In this document: piece by piece, positions 22,501 through 34,915 of the stretch
Layout of the letters: each line of letters opens with the position of its first letter
Position numbering within the stretch: position 1 is the first letter of the stretch
Origin: Stegostoma tigrinum
Taxonomy: Eukaryota
Length of the DNA stretch: 64,000 nucleotides
Direction: 5' to 3'
Assembly: GCF_030684315.1 (NCBI RefSeq)
Contig: NC_081362.1
Coordinates: 95,649,187 to 95,713,186 of the forward strand
Made by a program: the position numbers and the translations under genes
The notes under the pieces: model-generated
What the model was told of the DNA's origin: nothing
What the model saw: the letters and a program-made list of their open reading frames with translations, nothing else
The model's database searches: none

Positions 22501-25452
22501 ACTACCTCTGACATCTGTACTATATCTTTCACCCCTCAATTTAAAGCTATGCCCCCTCGTGCTCGCCGTCGCCATCCTAGGAAAAAGGCTCTCCCTATCA
22601 ACCCTATCTAACCCTCTGATAATTTTATATGTTTCAATTAAGTCACCTCTCAACCTTCTTCTCTCTAATGAAAACAGCCTCAAGTCCCTCAGCCTTTCCT
22701 CATAAGACCTTCCCTCCATAACAGGCAACATCCTAGTAAATCTCCTCTGCACCCTTTTCAAAGCTTCCACATCCTTATAATGCGGTGACCAGAACTGTAC
22801 ACAATACTCCAAGTGCGGCCGCACGAGTTTCGTACAGCTTCACCATAACCTCTTGATTCCGGAACTCAATCCCTCTATTAATAAAAGCTAAAACACTGTA
22901 TGTCTTCTTAACAGCCCTGTCAACCTGGGTGGCAACTTTCAAGGATCTGTGTACATGCACACCGAGATCTCTCTGCTCATCTACAGTACTAATAATCTTA
23001 CCATTAGCCCTGTACTTTGCTTTCTGGTTCCTCCTACCAAAGTACATCACCTCACACTTGTCTGCATTAAACTCCATTTGCCACCTCTCAGCCCAGCTCT
23101 GCAGCTTATCTATGTCTCTCTGCAACCTACAGCATCCTTCGTCACTATCCACAACTCCACCGACCTTAGTGTTGTCTGCAAATTTACTAACCCATCCTTC
23201 TACGCCCTCATCCAGGTCATTTATAAAAATGACAACAGCAGTGGACCCAACACCGACCCTTGTGGTACACCACTAGTAACTGGTCTCCAGGATGAACATT
23301 TCCCATCAACTACCACCCTCTGTCTTCTTTCAGCAAGCCAATTTCCGATCCAAACTGCTATATCTCCCACAATCCCATTCCGCCGCATTTTGTACAATAG
23401 CCTACTGTGGGGAACCTTATCGAACGCCTTGCTGAAATCCATATACACCACATCAACCGGTTTACTCTCATCTACCTGTTTGGTCACTTTCTCAAAGAAC
23501 TCAATAAGGTTTGTGAGGCACGACCTTCCCTTCACAAAACCGTGCTGACTATCCCTAATCAATTTATTCTTTTCTAGATGATTATAAACCCTATCCCTTA
23601 TAACCTTTTCCAACACTTTACCAACAACTGAGGTAAGGCTCACTGGTCTATAATTACCAGGGTTGTCTCTACTCCCCTTCTTGAATGGGGAGCAACATTT
23701 GCTATCCTCCAGTCATCTGGCACTATTCCTGTAGACAATGACGAGTTAAAGATCAATGCCAAAGGCTCGGCAATCTCCTCCCTGGCTCCCCAGAGGATCC
23801 AAGGATAAATCCCATCCGGCCCAGGGGACTTATCTATCTTCACCCTCTGAAGGATTTATAATACCTCTTCCTTGTGAACCTCAATCCCACCTAGTCTAGT
23901 AGTCTGGATGGGATCTATCCCAGGGTACTGAGGGAAGCGAGAGAGGAAATAGCGAGGGCCTTAACAGATATCTTTGCAGCATCCTTAGACACGGGTGAGG
24001 TCCTGGAGGACTGGAGACTTGGTAATGTTGTCCCCTTGTTTAAGAAGGGCAGCAAGGATAATCCAGGTAATTATCATCCGGTGAGCCTGACGTCAGTGGT
24101 AGGGAACCTACTGGAGAAGATGCTGAGGGATAGGATCTATTCCTATTTGGAAGAAAATGGGCTTATCAGTGATAAGCAACATGGTTTTGTGCAGGGAAGG
24201 TCATGTCTTACCAACTTAATAGAATTCTTTGAGGACGTGACAAAGTTGTTTGATGAGGGAAAGGCTATAGATGTCATATACATGGACTTCAGTAAGGCAT
24301 TGGATAAGGTTCCCCATGGCAGGCTGATGGAGAAAGTGAAGTCACATGGGGTCCAGGGTGCACTAGCTATATGGATAAAAAAACTGGCTAGGCAACAGGA
24401 GACAGAGAGTACCAGTAGAAGGGAGTTTCTCAAATTGGAGACCTGTGATCAGTGGTGTTCCACAAGGATCTGTGCTGGGACCACTGTTGTTTGTGATATA
24501 TGTAAACGATTTGGAGGAAAGTGTAGGTGGTCTGATCAGCAAGTTTTCAGATGACACTAAGATTGGTGGAGTAGCAGATAGCGAAGGGGACTGTCAGAGA
24601 TTACAGAAGAATATAGATAGACTGGAGAGTTGGGCAGATAAATGGCAGATGGAGTTCAATCCGGGAAAATGCGAGGTGATGCATTTTGGAAGATCAAATT
24701 CAAGGGTGAAATATACAGTAGATGGAAAAGTCCTAGGGAACATTGATGAACAGAGATCTGGGTGTTCAGGTCCATTGTTCCCTGAAGGTGACAACACAGG
24801 TCAATAGGGTGGTCAAGAAGGCATATGGCATGCTTTCCTTCATTGGACGGCGTATTGAGTACAAGAGTTGGCAAGTCATGTTGCAGTTATATAGGACTTT
24901 GGTTCGGCCACATTTGGAGTATTGTGTGCAGTTCTGGTCGCCACATTACCAAAAGGATGTGGATGCTTTGGAGAGGGTGCAAAGAAGGTTCACCAGGATG
25001 TTGCCTGGTATGGATGGTGCTAGCTATGAAGAGAGGTTGAGTAGATTAGGATTATTTTCATTAGAAAGACGGAGATTGAGGGGGGACCTGATTGAGGTCT
25101 GCAAAATCATGAGGGGTATAGACAGGGTGGAAAGCAAGAAGCTTTTTCCCAGAGTGGGGGACTCAATTACTAGGGGTCATGAGTTCAAAGTGAGAGGAGG
25201 ACAGTTTAAGGGAGATATGTGTGGAAAGTTCTTTACACAGAGGGTGGTGGGCGCCTGGAACGCATTGCCAGTGGAGGTGGTAGATGCAGACACGTTAGCG
25301 TCTTTTAAGATGTATCTGGACAGGTACATGGATGGGCAGGGAGCAAATGGACACAGACCGTTAGAAAATAGATGACAGGTTAGACAGAGGATCTTGATCG
25401 GCGCAGGCTTGGAGGGCCAAAGGGCCTGGTCCTGTGCTGTAGGTTTCTTTGT
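19529..25452 (+). mobile_element. Near full-length CR1 LINE (5'UTR, ORF1, ORF2, 3' tail), disabled and split by a nested CR1
   Basis: ORF1 Zn-finger/zipper (CSSC..CRKC..LELR) plus SGNH esterase (IVIGDS, HIGTND, DGLHL) at ~19870-20811. ORF2 EN (LRCICFNARS, AITETW, GDFNFP) and RT at ~20980-25375 with several frameshifts. Confidence 0.93.
22287..23900 (-). mobile_element. 5'-truncated CR1 inserted antisense at the DKSPG|PDG codons of the host CR1
   Basis: ORFs 23640-23843, 23221-23643, 22775-23152 and 22378-22824 (-), with an (AACATAG)n tail at 22287. Same subfamily as 9977-11226 (both end MDVHGIV). Confidence 0.93.
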
Positions 25453-25734
25453 TCTTTGTTCTTTATACCTCTCGCCCTGGTGCTGGCAACATCTTTAATG
25501 CTCCAGCAGTGAAAGAGCGGAGCTGGCCCAGCATTTAGTCCAGACCACGCCGAGAAGGAAACAGCAACTTCCCATTCTGTGGACATTGCCCTGGAAACCC
25601 AGTTTGATCGGGTGGTAAAGAGGAGGTCACCAGAGCAGATCCTCTCAGCAGATCCCCCGAGGGGACCAGCAGCTCAGTGCCACCTCAGTGTCTAGAAGAT
25701 CAGCTGATTGTTCTCCAGGGCAGGGGAGTTTTAG

Positions 25735-26445
25735 GTATGTACCCAAGATGGCAGCAGAATAAGATGCTCCAGTCGGAAATGCTGGCCAGTTCCATTTACA
25801 TATTTATCTTTTCTTCCCTCCTTGCAGCATTTTTTCCTGAATTCCATCCTTCGCCTTTTAACTTCTTAAAGTACCCTACCCTACCTGGAGAACAGAGGTG
25901 AGACAAACAGAGACAAGGCATGGCCAGAGCCCAGGCAGGAGCGGGGCGTCTGGGCCGGATCCCAGAGCTGGAGCAGGGAGTGTGGACCTGGTCTCGGAAC
26001 AGGAGCAGGGAGTGTGGACCTGGTCTCGGAACAGGAGCAGGGAGTGTGGACCTGGTCTCGGAACAGGAGCAGGGAGTGTGGACCTGGTCTCGGAACAGGA
26101 GCAGGGAGTGTGGACCTGGTCTCGGAACAGGAGCAGGGAGTGTGGACCTGGTCTCGGAACAGGAGCAGGGAGTGTGGGTTGTGTCCCAGAGTGGTCTGTG
26201 TAGTGGCCTCCCAGCCTCCTAATCCTCAAGGTGAAGCCCAGCACGACCTGGAGTCCAGGGCTTGGTGTGGCCTGGAGACAGGGTGCCTGTTGCTCTGAAG
26301 TGTTATTTCTGCAACTCTGGATATTTCATTTCTCTATTGTCGAAGATCTTGTAACTAAAGGAGCGGAACCTGGGTACCTTTTTATGTAAGTTGACGCTGT
26401 CAGTGGTGACATGTGAACGTTTCACTGTACTCATTGGGTGTCTGG
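25735..26445 (+). mobile_element. Probable non-autonomous retroelement carrying the minisatellite
   Basis: Begins CCCAAGATGGCAGC and ends ...GTTTCACTGTACTC, resembling the Rex1 3' end at ~14600. No coding capacity. Confidence 0.4.
25971..26177. repeat. Minisatellite: ~6.5 identical copies of a 32-bp unit
   Basis: GAGCAGGGAGTGTGGACCTGGTCTCGGAACAG starting at 25971, 26003, 26035, 26067, 26099 and 26131, with a partial copy at 26163. Confidence 0.97.
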
Positions 26446-27339
26446 TTTCACACCCAGAATGTGCCCCTGATCTTTGTTTTACTGAGGCAAGTCTGTCCCA
26501 TGTACCCGCTGGGGATGTCTCTGTCAGGAAATGTCAAACTGCTCTTTTACACTTGCTCATGTATTCTGGTATCTCTCTGGTTTTCAATTGTCTAGGTTCG
26601 AATATTGCAAGGAGCTGTCTCTGTACAGAATTGTCTCTGGGTTTGTGTGTCCTGGACTGAGGTATTCCCAGCATTCCTTGCTTTTTACCCAATTTCTGTG
26701 CCCTCTTTATTTCAGTTGCTGTTCCTGTACTTCTGGCTTCCTGTTTTAATGATTTTAGTTTACATCAGTAGTTGCAGGCTTTTACACTGGTTTGGTCTAC
26801 ATATGTCTACAAATCCCAAAATATGGTTGATTTTTAACTGCCCTCTGGGCAACTGGGAATTGTCAGTAAACTCTGGTCTAGCCAGTGATGCTCACATCCA
26901 TGAGCAAATGGTTTTTAAAGTACACTTTTCTCTTGACTATTGATCCTAGCAAAATATTTCGTTCAAGTGTCACATTTGCTGCTTCTTTCACACATCTGGG
27001 TGACTGGCTAAATAATTGTTGATTAGATAAGTTGCAGTGGAACTTGCTCTCAATGGTTTTCCAGAGACAGGTATCGACATCAGCATTTTGTCTCCCGCAA
27101 TGATATTTCAAACTTTGACCTTTTTTGAATGCTCAGGTTTCATTGTTTGTCAAGCCACTATCAATTTATTTTCAGGCAACGCACATACGTTGTTGAGTTT
27201 TGTTTGCAAGTTCAAGACTGGCCCGAGTCGCACAGAGAGAACGCAAGATTATTGAAGAGTTCAGTGAAGCCTTTCTCTGTAGCCAGAGCAAATCACTGCA
27301 TCTCTTATGCATTTAGCAAATGACATAGTTCAATATTTC

Positions 27340-27975
27340 CCTCAATGTCATCAAAACGAAGGAGCTATCGTTGTCTTCCGGAATTGGAGTTCATCACATA
27401 CCTGGGGCATTCTCCACATAGTCAGGTAGATGCCAGCGCTGTAACTATAATGGAACAGCTTTGCCAGGGGTGCAGCAAGTTCTGGCGTGCAGTCTTCAGT
27501 ACAATTGCCAGAATGTTGTCAGGGCGAAAGCCTTTGTAGTATCCAGTGCCTTTATCCCTTTCTTAGTATTGCATGTAGTGAATCAAATTGGCTAAAGACT
27601 AGCATCTGGTGATATCCAGAGGAGACTGAAATAGATCATGAACTCATCACTTGTGGCTGAAGATTGTGGTGTCTAATGCTTCAGCCTTGTCTTCCCAACA
27701 ACATGCTGGGCCTACCCATTATTAAAGATGCAGATACTTGTGGAACCTGCTCCTCCAGTGAGTTGTTTAATTGTCCGTCACAATTCACAACTGGATGTGA
27801 CAGGACTCCAGAGTTTAGATCTGATCAGGTGGTTGTGGAGTTGCTTAGCTGTGCCTCTCACTTGCTGCTTATATTCTTTGGCAAGCAAAGTAGTCCTGTT
27901 TCATTGCATCACCCAGGTTGACAGCTCACTTTTCAGTCTCCGTGGTGCTGTTCTTGGCATGCCATCCTGCACTCA
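27340..27975 (-). mobile_element. Decayed CR1/L2-group LINE fragment
   Basis: Antisense EN-linker type sequence, similar in character to 39530-40790. Confidence 0.5.
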
Positions 27976-29238
27976 ACAATTTGATTGGATATAGTCAGCA
28001 TGGATTTGTCAAGGGCAGGTCATGTCTCACAAACCTCACTGAGTTTTTTGAGAAGGTGACCAAGCATGTGGATGAGTGTAGGGCAGTTGACATGGTGTAC
28101 ATGGACTTCAGTAAAGCCTTTGATAAGGTTCCACATGGTAGGCTATTGGAGAAAATACAGAGGCACGGGATTGAGGGAGATTTAGCAGTTTGGATTAGAA
28201 ACTGGCTTTCTGTAAGAAGGCGGGTGGTAGTTGATGGGAAATTTTCAGCCTGGAGTCAGGTCACTAGTGGTGTGCCTCAAGGATCTGTATAAATGATTTT
28301 TATAAATGACTTGGACGCAGGCATAGGTGGATGGGTTAGTAAATTTGCAGATGACACTAAAGTCGGTGGAGTGGTGGACAGTGTGGAAGAATCTTGCAGG
28401 TTGCAGGGAGACATGGATAAATTGCAGAATTGGGCTGAAAGGTGGCAAATGGAGTTTAATACGGATAAACGTGAGGTGATTCACTTTGGGAAGAATAATA
28501 GGAAGGCAGAACACCGGGTCAATGGAAAGATTCTTGGTAGTGTGGATGTGCAGAGGGATCTTGGTGTCCACGTACATGGATCCCTGAAAGTTGCCACCCA
28601 GGTTGATAGTGCTGTTAAGAAGGCTTACGGTGTGTTTTATTGGTAGAGGGATTGAGGTCCGGAGCCGTGATGTCATGCTGCAACTGTACAAAACGCTAGT
28701 GCGGCCTCACTTGGAATATTGCGTGCAGTTCTGGTCGCCCCATTACAGGTGGGATGTGGAAGCATTGGAAAAGGTGCAGAGGAGATTTACCAGGATGTTG
28801 CCTGGTCTGGAGCGCAGGCCCTATGAAGAAAGGCTGAGGGACTTGGGTCTGTTCTCATTGGAGAGAAGGAGGCCAAGAGGGGATTTAATAGAGACATACA
28901 AGATGATCAGAGGATTAGATAGGGTGGACAGTGAGAGTCTTTTTCCGAGGATGGTACAAGGGGGCATAGCAACAAATTGAGGGGTGATAGATTTAAGACA
29001 GATGTCAGAGGCAGGTTCTTTACTTAGAGAGTGGTAAGGACGTGGAACGCCCTGCCTGCCAACGTAGTTAACTCAGCCACATTAGGGGCATTTAAACAGT
29101 CCTTGGATAAGCATATGGATAATGATGGGATAGTGTGTGTGTGTGGGGGGGGGGGGGGGGTGCTTAGGTTAGTTCACAGGTTGGTGCAACATCAAGGGCC
29201 GAAGGGCCTGTTCTGCGCTGTATTGTTCTAAGTTCTAT
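27976..29238 (+). mobile_element. 5'-truncated CR1 LINE
   Basis: SQHGFVKGRSCLTNL, KFADD and [15 protein letters not shown] in broken ORFs, with a GTTCTAAGTTCTATG tail. Confidence 0.92.
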
Positions 29239-29735
29239 GACATGCCCCATCTGTGACAATAGTGCTCAAGTGGAGGTGATCAAGAGCTTCAAGTTTCTCA
29301 GAATAAATATTACCAACAATCTGTCCTGGTCCATTCACTTCAACCCTATATTCAAGGAAGCACACCAACCTCTCTACTTCCTCAGAACTTTAAGGAGATT
29401 AGGCATGTCCACAATTACTCTTACCAAATTTTATAGATGCACTGTAGAAAGCATCCCGTCTGGATGCAGCACAGCTTGGTATGGCAACTGCCCTGCGCCC
29501 AAGACTGCAAGAAATAACAGAGGGTTGTGAACACAGCCCAGTCCATCATGCACACCAGTCTTCCTTCCAATGACTTTTTCTATACTTCCCAATGCCTCAG
29601 GAAGGTGATCAACATAATCAAGGCCCCTCCCACACCCAGTTATCCTCTCTTCCACCATCTTCTATGGGGCAGAAGATGCAAAAGTTTGAAAACATGCACC
29701 AACAGAGTCATGAACAGCTTCTTCCCCGCTGTTAT
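29239..29735 (+). mobile_element. Rex1-type 3' fragment
   Basis: VEVIKSFKFL..ITNNLSW..LYFLR.LRR..FYRCTVES..AWYGNC. Confidence 0.8.
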
Positions 29736-30290
29736 ATGGAGTTAGGAAGGAAACTGAAAACTAGGACCTCAAAAGTAAGTGATTTCGGGATAATGACCCA
29801 CACCACATACTGGTCAGAGGAGAATTAATGCGATTTAATGGATGGATATGCAGCTGGGAAGAAGGTGCGAAAGGGGGGGGGGTTCCAATTCCTGGGTCTT
29901 AGCGACCAATTCTGGGGGAAGGTGGGACCAGTACAAATTTTGGGATAAACCTGAGCAGGAATGGGGCTGATGTCCAAGGGGATGTATTTGCAAGTGTGGC
30001 TGGGACAGTTTTAAACAAGGATGGCAGGAGGGGAACCTCAGCAAAATGGCAACAAAAAGAGAAACAATGATAATAACAAAATAAAGAACAACAAAATGTA
30101 TACAGCAGGGGAATCAAGAGAGGCAAAGAGGGTCACTGTAGAAGGAAAGTTAGAATCACTAAAAACAGTCATAAAAACGAGCCTATAGGCTTTGTATCTA
30201 ATGCACCAAAAATTTGAAATAAGGGAGAATGAACAAATTATGCAAATTGAAGTCAATGGATGTACAATTGTAGGCATTACGGAGGCTTGG
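29736..30290 (+). mobile_element. CR1 ORF1/ORF2 junction fragment, decayed
   Basis: ELGRKLKTRTSKV, then an LYLNA..VGITEAW-like EN start. Confidence 0.6.
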
Positions 30291-30294
30291 ATTT

Positions 30295-30770
30295 TTTAAA
30301 ATTCACTCATAAGATGGGATGTTGCTGGTTGGGCCAGCATTTATTGCCTGTCCCTAGTTGCCCCTTGAGAAGGTGGGGGTGAGCTGCCTTCTTGAACCGC
30401 TGTAGTCCAGGAGCTGTGGGTCAACACACAATGCCTTTAGGGAAGGAATTCCAGGATTTTGACCCAGAGACACTGAAGGAACTGCAATATGTTTCCAAGT
30501 CAGGATGGCAAGTAGATTGGAGGGGAACTTTCAAGGAGTGGTGCTCCCATTGTGTCTGCTGCCTTTGTGCTTCTAGATGGAAGTGGTTGGGTCTTAGCAA
30601 TGTCTTGTCTAAGAATATTGGCAAATTTCTCCAGTAGCTCTTGGAGATGGTATACACTGCTGCTACAATGCACTGGTGATGGAGGGATTAGATGCTTGTG
30701 GCTCTGGTGCCAAACAAGATTCCAACCTCGATGACTGTCTGTGTGGCATTTGCACATTCTCTCCATGTCT
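30295..30770 (-). mobile_element. CR1/L2-group LINE 3' end, followed by a short + strand V-SINE remnant (~30725-30770)
   Basis: Same 3' end as 2335-2700 (GGCCAGCATTTATTGCC). TTTGCACATTCTCTCCATGTCTG is a V-domain piece. Confidence 0.7.
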
Positions 30771-31305
30771 GAGATAACGTGTAGAGTTGGATGAACACAG
30801 CAGGCCAAGCAGCAGGAAAGCTGGCGTTCTGCTAGCGGGAGGAGAAATTGTGAAGCTTGTGAAGTATCCCCTCCCACTACTGCATCCCAAAACCAGCCCA
30901 CCCCCACCTCCCTAACTTGTCCTTCTTCCCACCTATCCCCGCCTCCCACCTCAAGTTCCACCGCATCTCCTACCTACTAACCTCATCCCACCTCCAGGAC
31001 CTGTTCGTGCTCCCTGTATTATCGCCTCCCCACCTACACTCACCTTAACTGGTTCCATCACCGCCTCTTTGACTGGTGTCTCCTCTCCACTTATCTTCTC
31101 CTCTATTGCTCTTCTATCCACTTTCCCCTCTCTCCCTATTTATTTCAGAAACCCCTTCCCCTCCACCCCACCATTTCTGATGAAGGGTCTAGGCCCAAAA
31201 CATCAGCGTTCCTACTCCTAAGATGCTGCTTGGCCTGCTGTGCTCATCCAACTCTACACCTTGTTATCTCAGATTCTCCAGCATCTGCAGTTCCTACTGT
31301 CTCTG
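30771..31305 (+). mobile_element. Non-autonomous Neptune fold-back derivative (short inverted arm plus 3' end; hammerhead 31177-31204 with GAAA->AAAA)
   Basis: Left arm GAGATAACGTGTAGAGTTGGATGAACACAGCAGGCCAAGCAGCA is the reverse complement of ~31225-31270. The remainder matches 7970-8468. Confidence 0.85.
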
Positions 31306-32015
31306 AAATAACTGCTTTGGTTAGTTCATTTGCCTTGGTTTCCAAATCAGCTATGGACCCTTACGCAAGTTTGTCTGATTCACAAATATTGCATTCCGTT
31401 CAGAATGTGCCTCTCAGTTTTTGCTTCTTTTTGTCTGCAGACACCAGGACACTTTTCACAAGTGACAAAAAGCTAGCAAATACATTAAACTAAAAGAATA
31501 TATTTATACTTCTAGAAAAGTGATAAAAGTAGATTTTGTTTAAAAAGTTTTAATCTTTTTTATTGTGCATGTGTGGAATGAGGAGAATTGGAAGTTAGTG
31601 TGTGCAATTATCAGTGGATTGTTCGTTAAACTCTTCCAGCTTATCCATCAGCTCCTCATTCTATTCCGTTAATTTGTTCCAATTGCTTTTAAAGTCTTCC
31701 ACTCTGCACACAGCACGTTCTTGATCTCCAGTTTGCATCAGAGTTCAAACATTCATCATTCTTAAGATGAAACTGCAAATGTTCATCAGTCTTGACTGTT
31801 AATTCTACATTCACACAACTGTTAGAATTCATCAGCAATTCAGTTTCCAGCCCAAGCCATTTTTGTTGCCTTTTTTTTGGAAAATTTCAGTCAGATGTTT
31901 CAATTCTTCATTTAAGCTTTTTTTAAAGAAATATGCAGTTACTACCGTGCAAGTGTCACAGCTCATATTTTGATCAGCAAACCCCTCCTTGTGTAGAATT
32001 TGCTTCTTGACACTG

Positions 32016-34915
32016 AACCAAGGGATCGGTTAAAGTGTGTTTGCTAACCAAGGGATCGGTTAAAGTGTGTTTGCTTTAATGCAAGGAGTATCAGGAATAA
32101 AAGTGATGAACTTAGAGCATGGATCAGTACCTGGTGCTATGATGTTGTGGCCATAACAGAGACATGGGTTTCTCATGGGCTGGAATGGTTGCTGGATATT
32201 CCAGGGTTTAGAACATTTAAAAAGAATAGGGAGGGGGGAAAAAGAGGAGGGGGTGTAGCACTACTAATCAGAGAGGGTATCACAGCTACAGAAGCTTCCA
32301 TTGTCGAGGAAGATCTGCCTACTGAGTCAGTATGGGTGGAAATTAGGAGCAGCAAGGGAGTAGTCACCTCGTTAGGGGTTTACTACAGGCCCCCCAATAG
32401 CAGCAGGGAGATTGTAGAAAGCATAGGTCGACAGATTTTGGAAAAGTGTGGACGCAGTAGGGTTGTTGTAATGGGTGACTTTAACTTTCCTAATATTGAT
32501 TGGAACCTCCTTCGAGCAGAAGATTTGAATGGAGCTGTTTTTGTAAGGTGTGTTCAGGAGGGTTTCCTAACGCAGTACGTTAACAGGCCGACGAGGGGAG
32601 AGGCCATTCTAGACTTGGTGCTCGGAAACGAGCCGGGGCAGGTATCAGATCTTGTGGTGGGAGAGCATTTTGGTGATAGTGACCATAACACTCTCTCATT
32701 CTACATAGCTATGGAGAAGGAGAGGATTAGGCAGAATGGGAGGATATTTAATTGGGGAAGAGGAAACTATGATGCGATTAGACACGAGTTAGGAAGCATG
32801 GACTGGGAGCAGTTGTTCCATGGTAAGGGAAGTATAGACATGTGGAGATTGTTTAAGGAACAGTTGTTGGGAGTGATGAGTAAATATGTCCCTCTGAGAC
32901 AGGCAAGAAGGGGTAAGATAAAGGAACCTTGGATGACGAGAGCGGTGGAGCTTCTAGTGAAAAGGAAGAAGGTAGCTTACATAAGGTGGAGGAAGCTAGG
33001 GTCAAGTTCAGCTAGAGAGGATTACATGCAGGCAAGGAAGGAGCTCAAAAATGGTCTGAGGAGAGCCAGGAGGGGGCACGAGAAAGGCTTGGCAGAAGGA
33101 ATCCGGGAAAACACAAAGGCATTTTACACTTACGTGAGGAATAAGAGAATGGTCAAAGAAAGAGTAGGGCCGATCAGGGATAGCATAGGGAACTTGTGTG
33201 TGGAGCCTGAGGAGGTAGGGGAAGCCCTAAATGAGTTTTTTGCTTCTGTCTTTACGAAAGAAACGACCTGTGTAGTGAATGAAACCTTTGAAGAGCAGGT
33301 GTGCATGCTGGAATGGATAGAGATAGAGGAAGCTGATGTACTGAAAATTTTGTCAAACATTAAGATTGACAAGTCGCCAGGCCCGGATCAGATTTGTCCT
33401 CGGCTGCTTTGGGAAGCGAGAAATGCAATTGCTTCGCCACTTGCGAAGATCTTTGCATCCTCGCTCTCCACTGGAGTCGTACCTGAGGACTGGAGAGAGG
33501 CAAATGTAATTCCTCTCTTCAAGAAAGGAAATAGGGAAATCCCCGGCAATTATAGACCGGTAAGTCTCACGTCTGTCGTCTGCAAGGTGTTAGAAAGGAT
33601 TCTGAGGGATAAGATTTATGACCATCTGGAAGAGCATGGCTTGATCAAATACAGTCAACACGGCTTTGTGAGGGGTAGGTCATGCCTTACAAACCTTATC
33701 GAGTTTTTTGAGGATGTGACTAGTAAGGTTGATGAGGGTCAAGCTGTGGATGTGGTGTATATGGACTTCAGTAAGGCATTTGATAAGGTTCCCCATGGAA
33801 GGCTCATTCAGAAGGTCAGGAGGAATGGGATACAGGGGAACTTAGCTGCTTGGATACAGAATTGGCTGGCCAACAGAAGACAGCGAGTGGTAGTAGAAGG
33901 AAAATATTCTGCCTGGAAGTCAGTGGTGAGTGGGGTTCCACAGGGCTCTGTCCTTGGGCCTCTACTGTTTGTAATTTTTATTAATGACTTGGACGAGGGA
34001 ATTGAAGGATGGGTCAGCAAGTTTGCAGACGACACAAAGGTCGGAGGTGTCGTTGACAGTGTAGAGGGCTGTTGTAGGCTGCAGCGGGACATTGACAGGA
34101 TGCAGAGATGGGCTGAGAGGTGGCAGATGGAGTTCAACCTGGATAAATGCGAGGTGATGCATTTTGGAAGGTCGAATTTGAAAGCTGAGTACAGGATTAA
34201 GGATAGGATTCTTGGCAGCGTGGAGGAACAGAGGGATCTTGGTGTGCAGATACATAGATCCCTTAAAATGGCCACCCAAGTGGACAGGGTTGTTAAGAAA
34301 GCATATGGTGTTTTGGCTTTCATTAACAGGGGGATTGAGTTTAAGAGTCGTGAGATCTTGTTGCAGCTCTATAAAACTTTGGTTAGACCGCACTTGGAAT
34401 ACTGCGTCCAGTTCTGGGCGCCCTATTATAGGAAAGATGTGGATGCTTTGGAGAGGGTTCAGAGGAGGTTTACCAGGATGCTGCCTGGACTGGAGGGCTT
34501 ATCTTATGAAGAGAGGTTGACTGAGCTCGGTCTCTTTTCATTGGAGAAAAGGAGGAGGAGAGGGGACCTAATTGAGGTATACAAGATAATGAGAGGCATA
34601 GATAGAGTTGATAGCCAGAGACTATTTCCCAGGGCAGAAATGGCTAGCACGAGGGGTCATAGTTTTAAGCTGGTTGGTGGAAAGTATAGAGGGGATGTCA
34701 GAGGCAGGTTCTTTACGCAGAGAGTTGTGAGAGCATGGAATGCGTTGCCAGCAGCAGTTGTGGAAGCAAGGTCATTGGGGTCATTTAAGAGACTGCTGGA
34801 CATGCATATGGTCACAGAAATTTGAGGGTGCATCCATGAGGATCAATGGTCGGCACAACATTGTGGGCTGAAGGGCCTGTTCTGTGCTGTACTGTTCTAT
34901 GTTCTATGTTCTATG
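32016..34915 (+). mobile_element. Young CR1 LINE truncated just upstream of ORF2; 30-bp tandem duplication at the 5' end
   Basis: AACCAAGGGATCGGTTAAAGTGTGTTTGCT x2 (32016-32075), an uninterrupted ORF2 and a (TTCTATG)3 tail. Confidence 0.97.
32048..34825 (+). CDS. CR1 ORF2: APE endonuclease + reverse transcriptase, open frame of ~925 codons
   Basis: Frame is open from 32048 (PRDRLKCVCFNARS...) through AITETW, GDFNFP, SDH, GNYRPVSLTS, DFSKAFD, GVPQGS and KFADD to the stop at 34825. Confidence 0.93.
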   Translation, partial: PRDRLKCVCFNARSIRNKSDELRAWISTWCYDVVAITETWVSHGLEWLLDIPGFRTFKKNREGGKRGGGVALLIREGITATEASIVEEDLPTESVWVEIRSSKGVVTSLGVYYRPPNSSREIVESIGRQILEKCGRSRVVVMGDFNFPNIDWNLLRAEDLNGAVFVRCVQEGFLTQYVNRPTRGEAILDLVLGNEPGQVSDLVVGEHFGDSDHNTLSFYIAMEKERIRQNGRIFNWGRGNYDAIRHELGSMDWEQLFHGKGSIDMWRLFKEQLLGVMSKYVPLRQARRGKIKEPWMTRAVELLVKRKKVAYIRWRKLGSSSAREDYMQARKELKNGLRRARRGHEKGLAEGIRENTKAFYTYVRNKRMVKERVGPIRDSIGNLCVEPEEVGEALNEFFASVFTKETTCVVNETFEEQVCMLEWIEIEEADVLKILSNIKIDKSPGPDQICPRLLWEARNAIASPLAKIFASSLSTGVVPEDWREANVIPLFKKGNREIPGNYRPVSLTSVVCKVLERILRDKIYDHLEEHGLIKYSQHGFVRGRSCLTNLIEFFEDVTSKVDEGQAVDVVYMDFSKAFDKVPHGRLIQKVRRNGIQGNLAAWIQNWLANRRQRVVVEGKYSAWKSVVSGVPQGSVLGPLLFVIFINDLDEGIEGWVSKFADDTKVGGVVDSVEGCCRLQRDIDRMQRWAERWQMEFNLDKCEVMHFGRSNLKAEYRIKDRILGSVEEQRDLGVQIHRSLKMATQVDRVVKKAYGVLAFINRGIEFKSREILLQLYKTLVRPHLEYCVQFWAPYYRKDVDALERVQRRFTRMLPGLEGLSYEERLTELGLFSLEKRRRRGDLIEVYKIMRGIDRVDSQRLFPRAEMASTRGHSFKLVGGKYRGDVRGRFFTQRVVRAWNALPAAVVEARSLGSFKRLLDMHMVTEI

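Noticed and set aside
25971-26177. 32-bp repeats as a CRISPR array, or the overlapping ORFs as a repeat protein
   Set aside because: Units abut with no spacers, there are no cas genes and the context is eukaryotic. The ORFs simply cycle through the frames of a stop-free unit.
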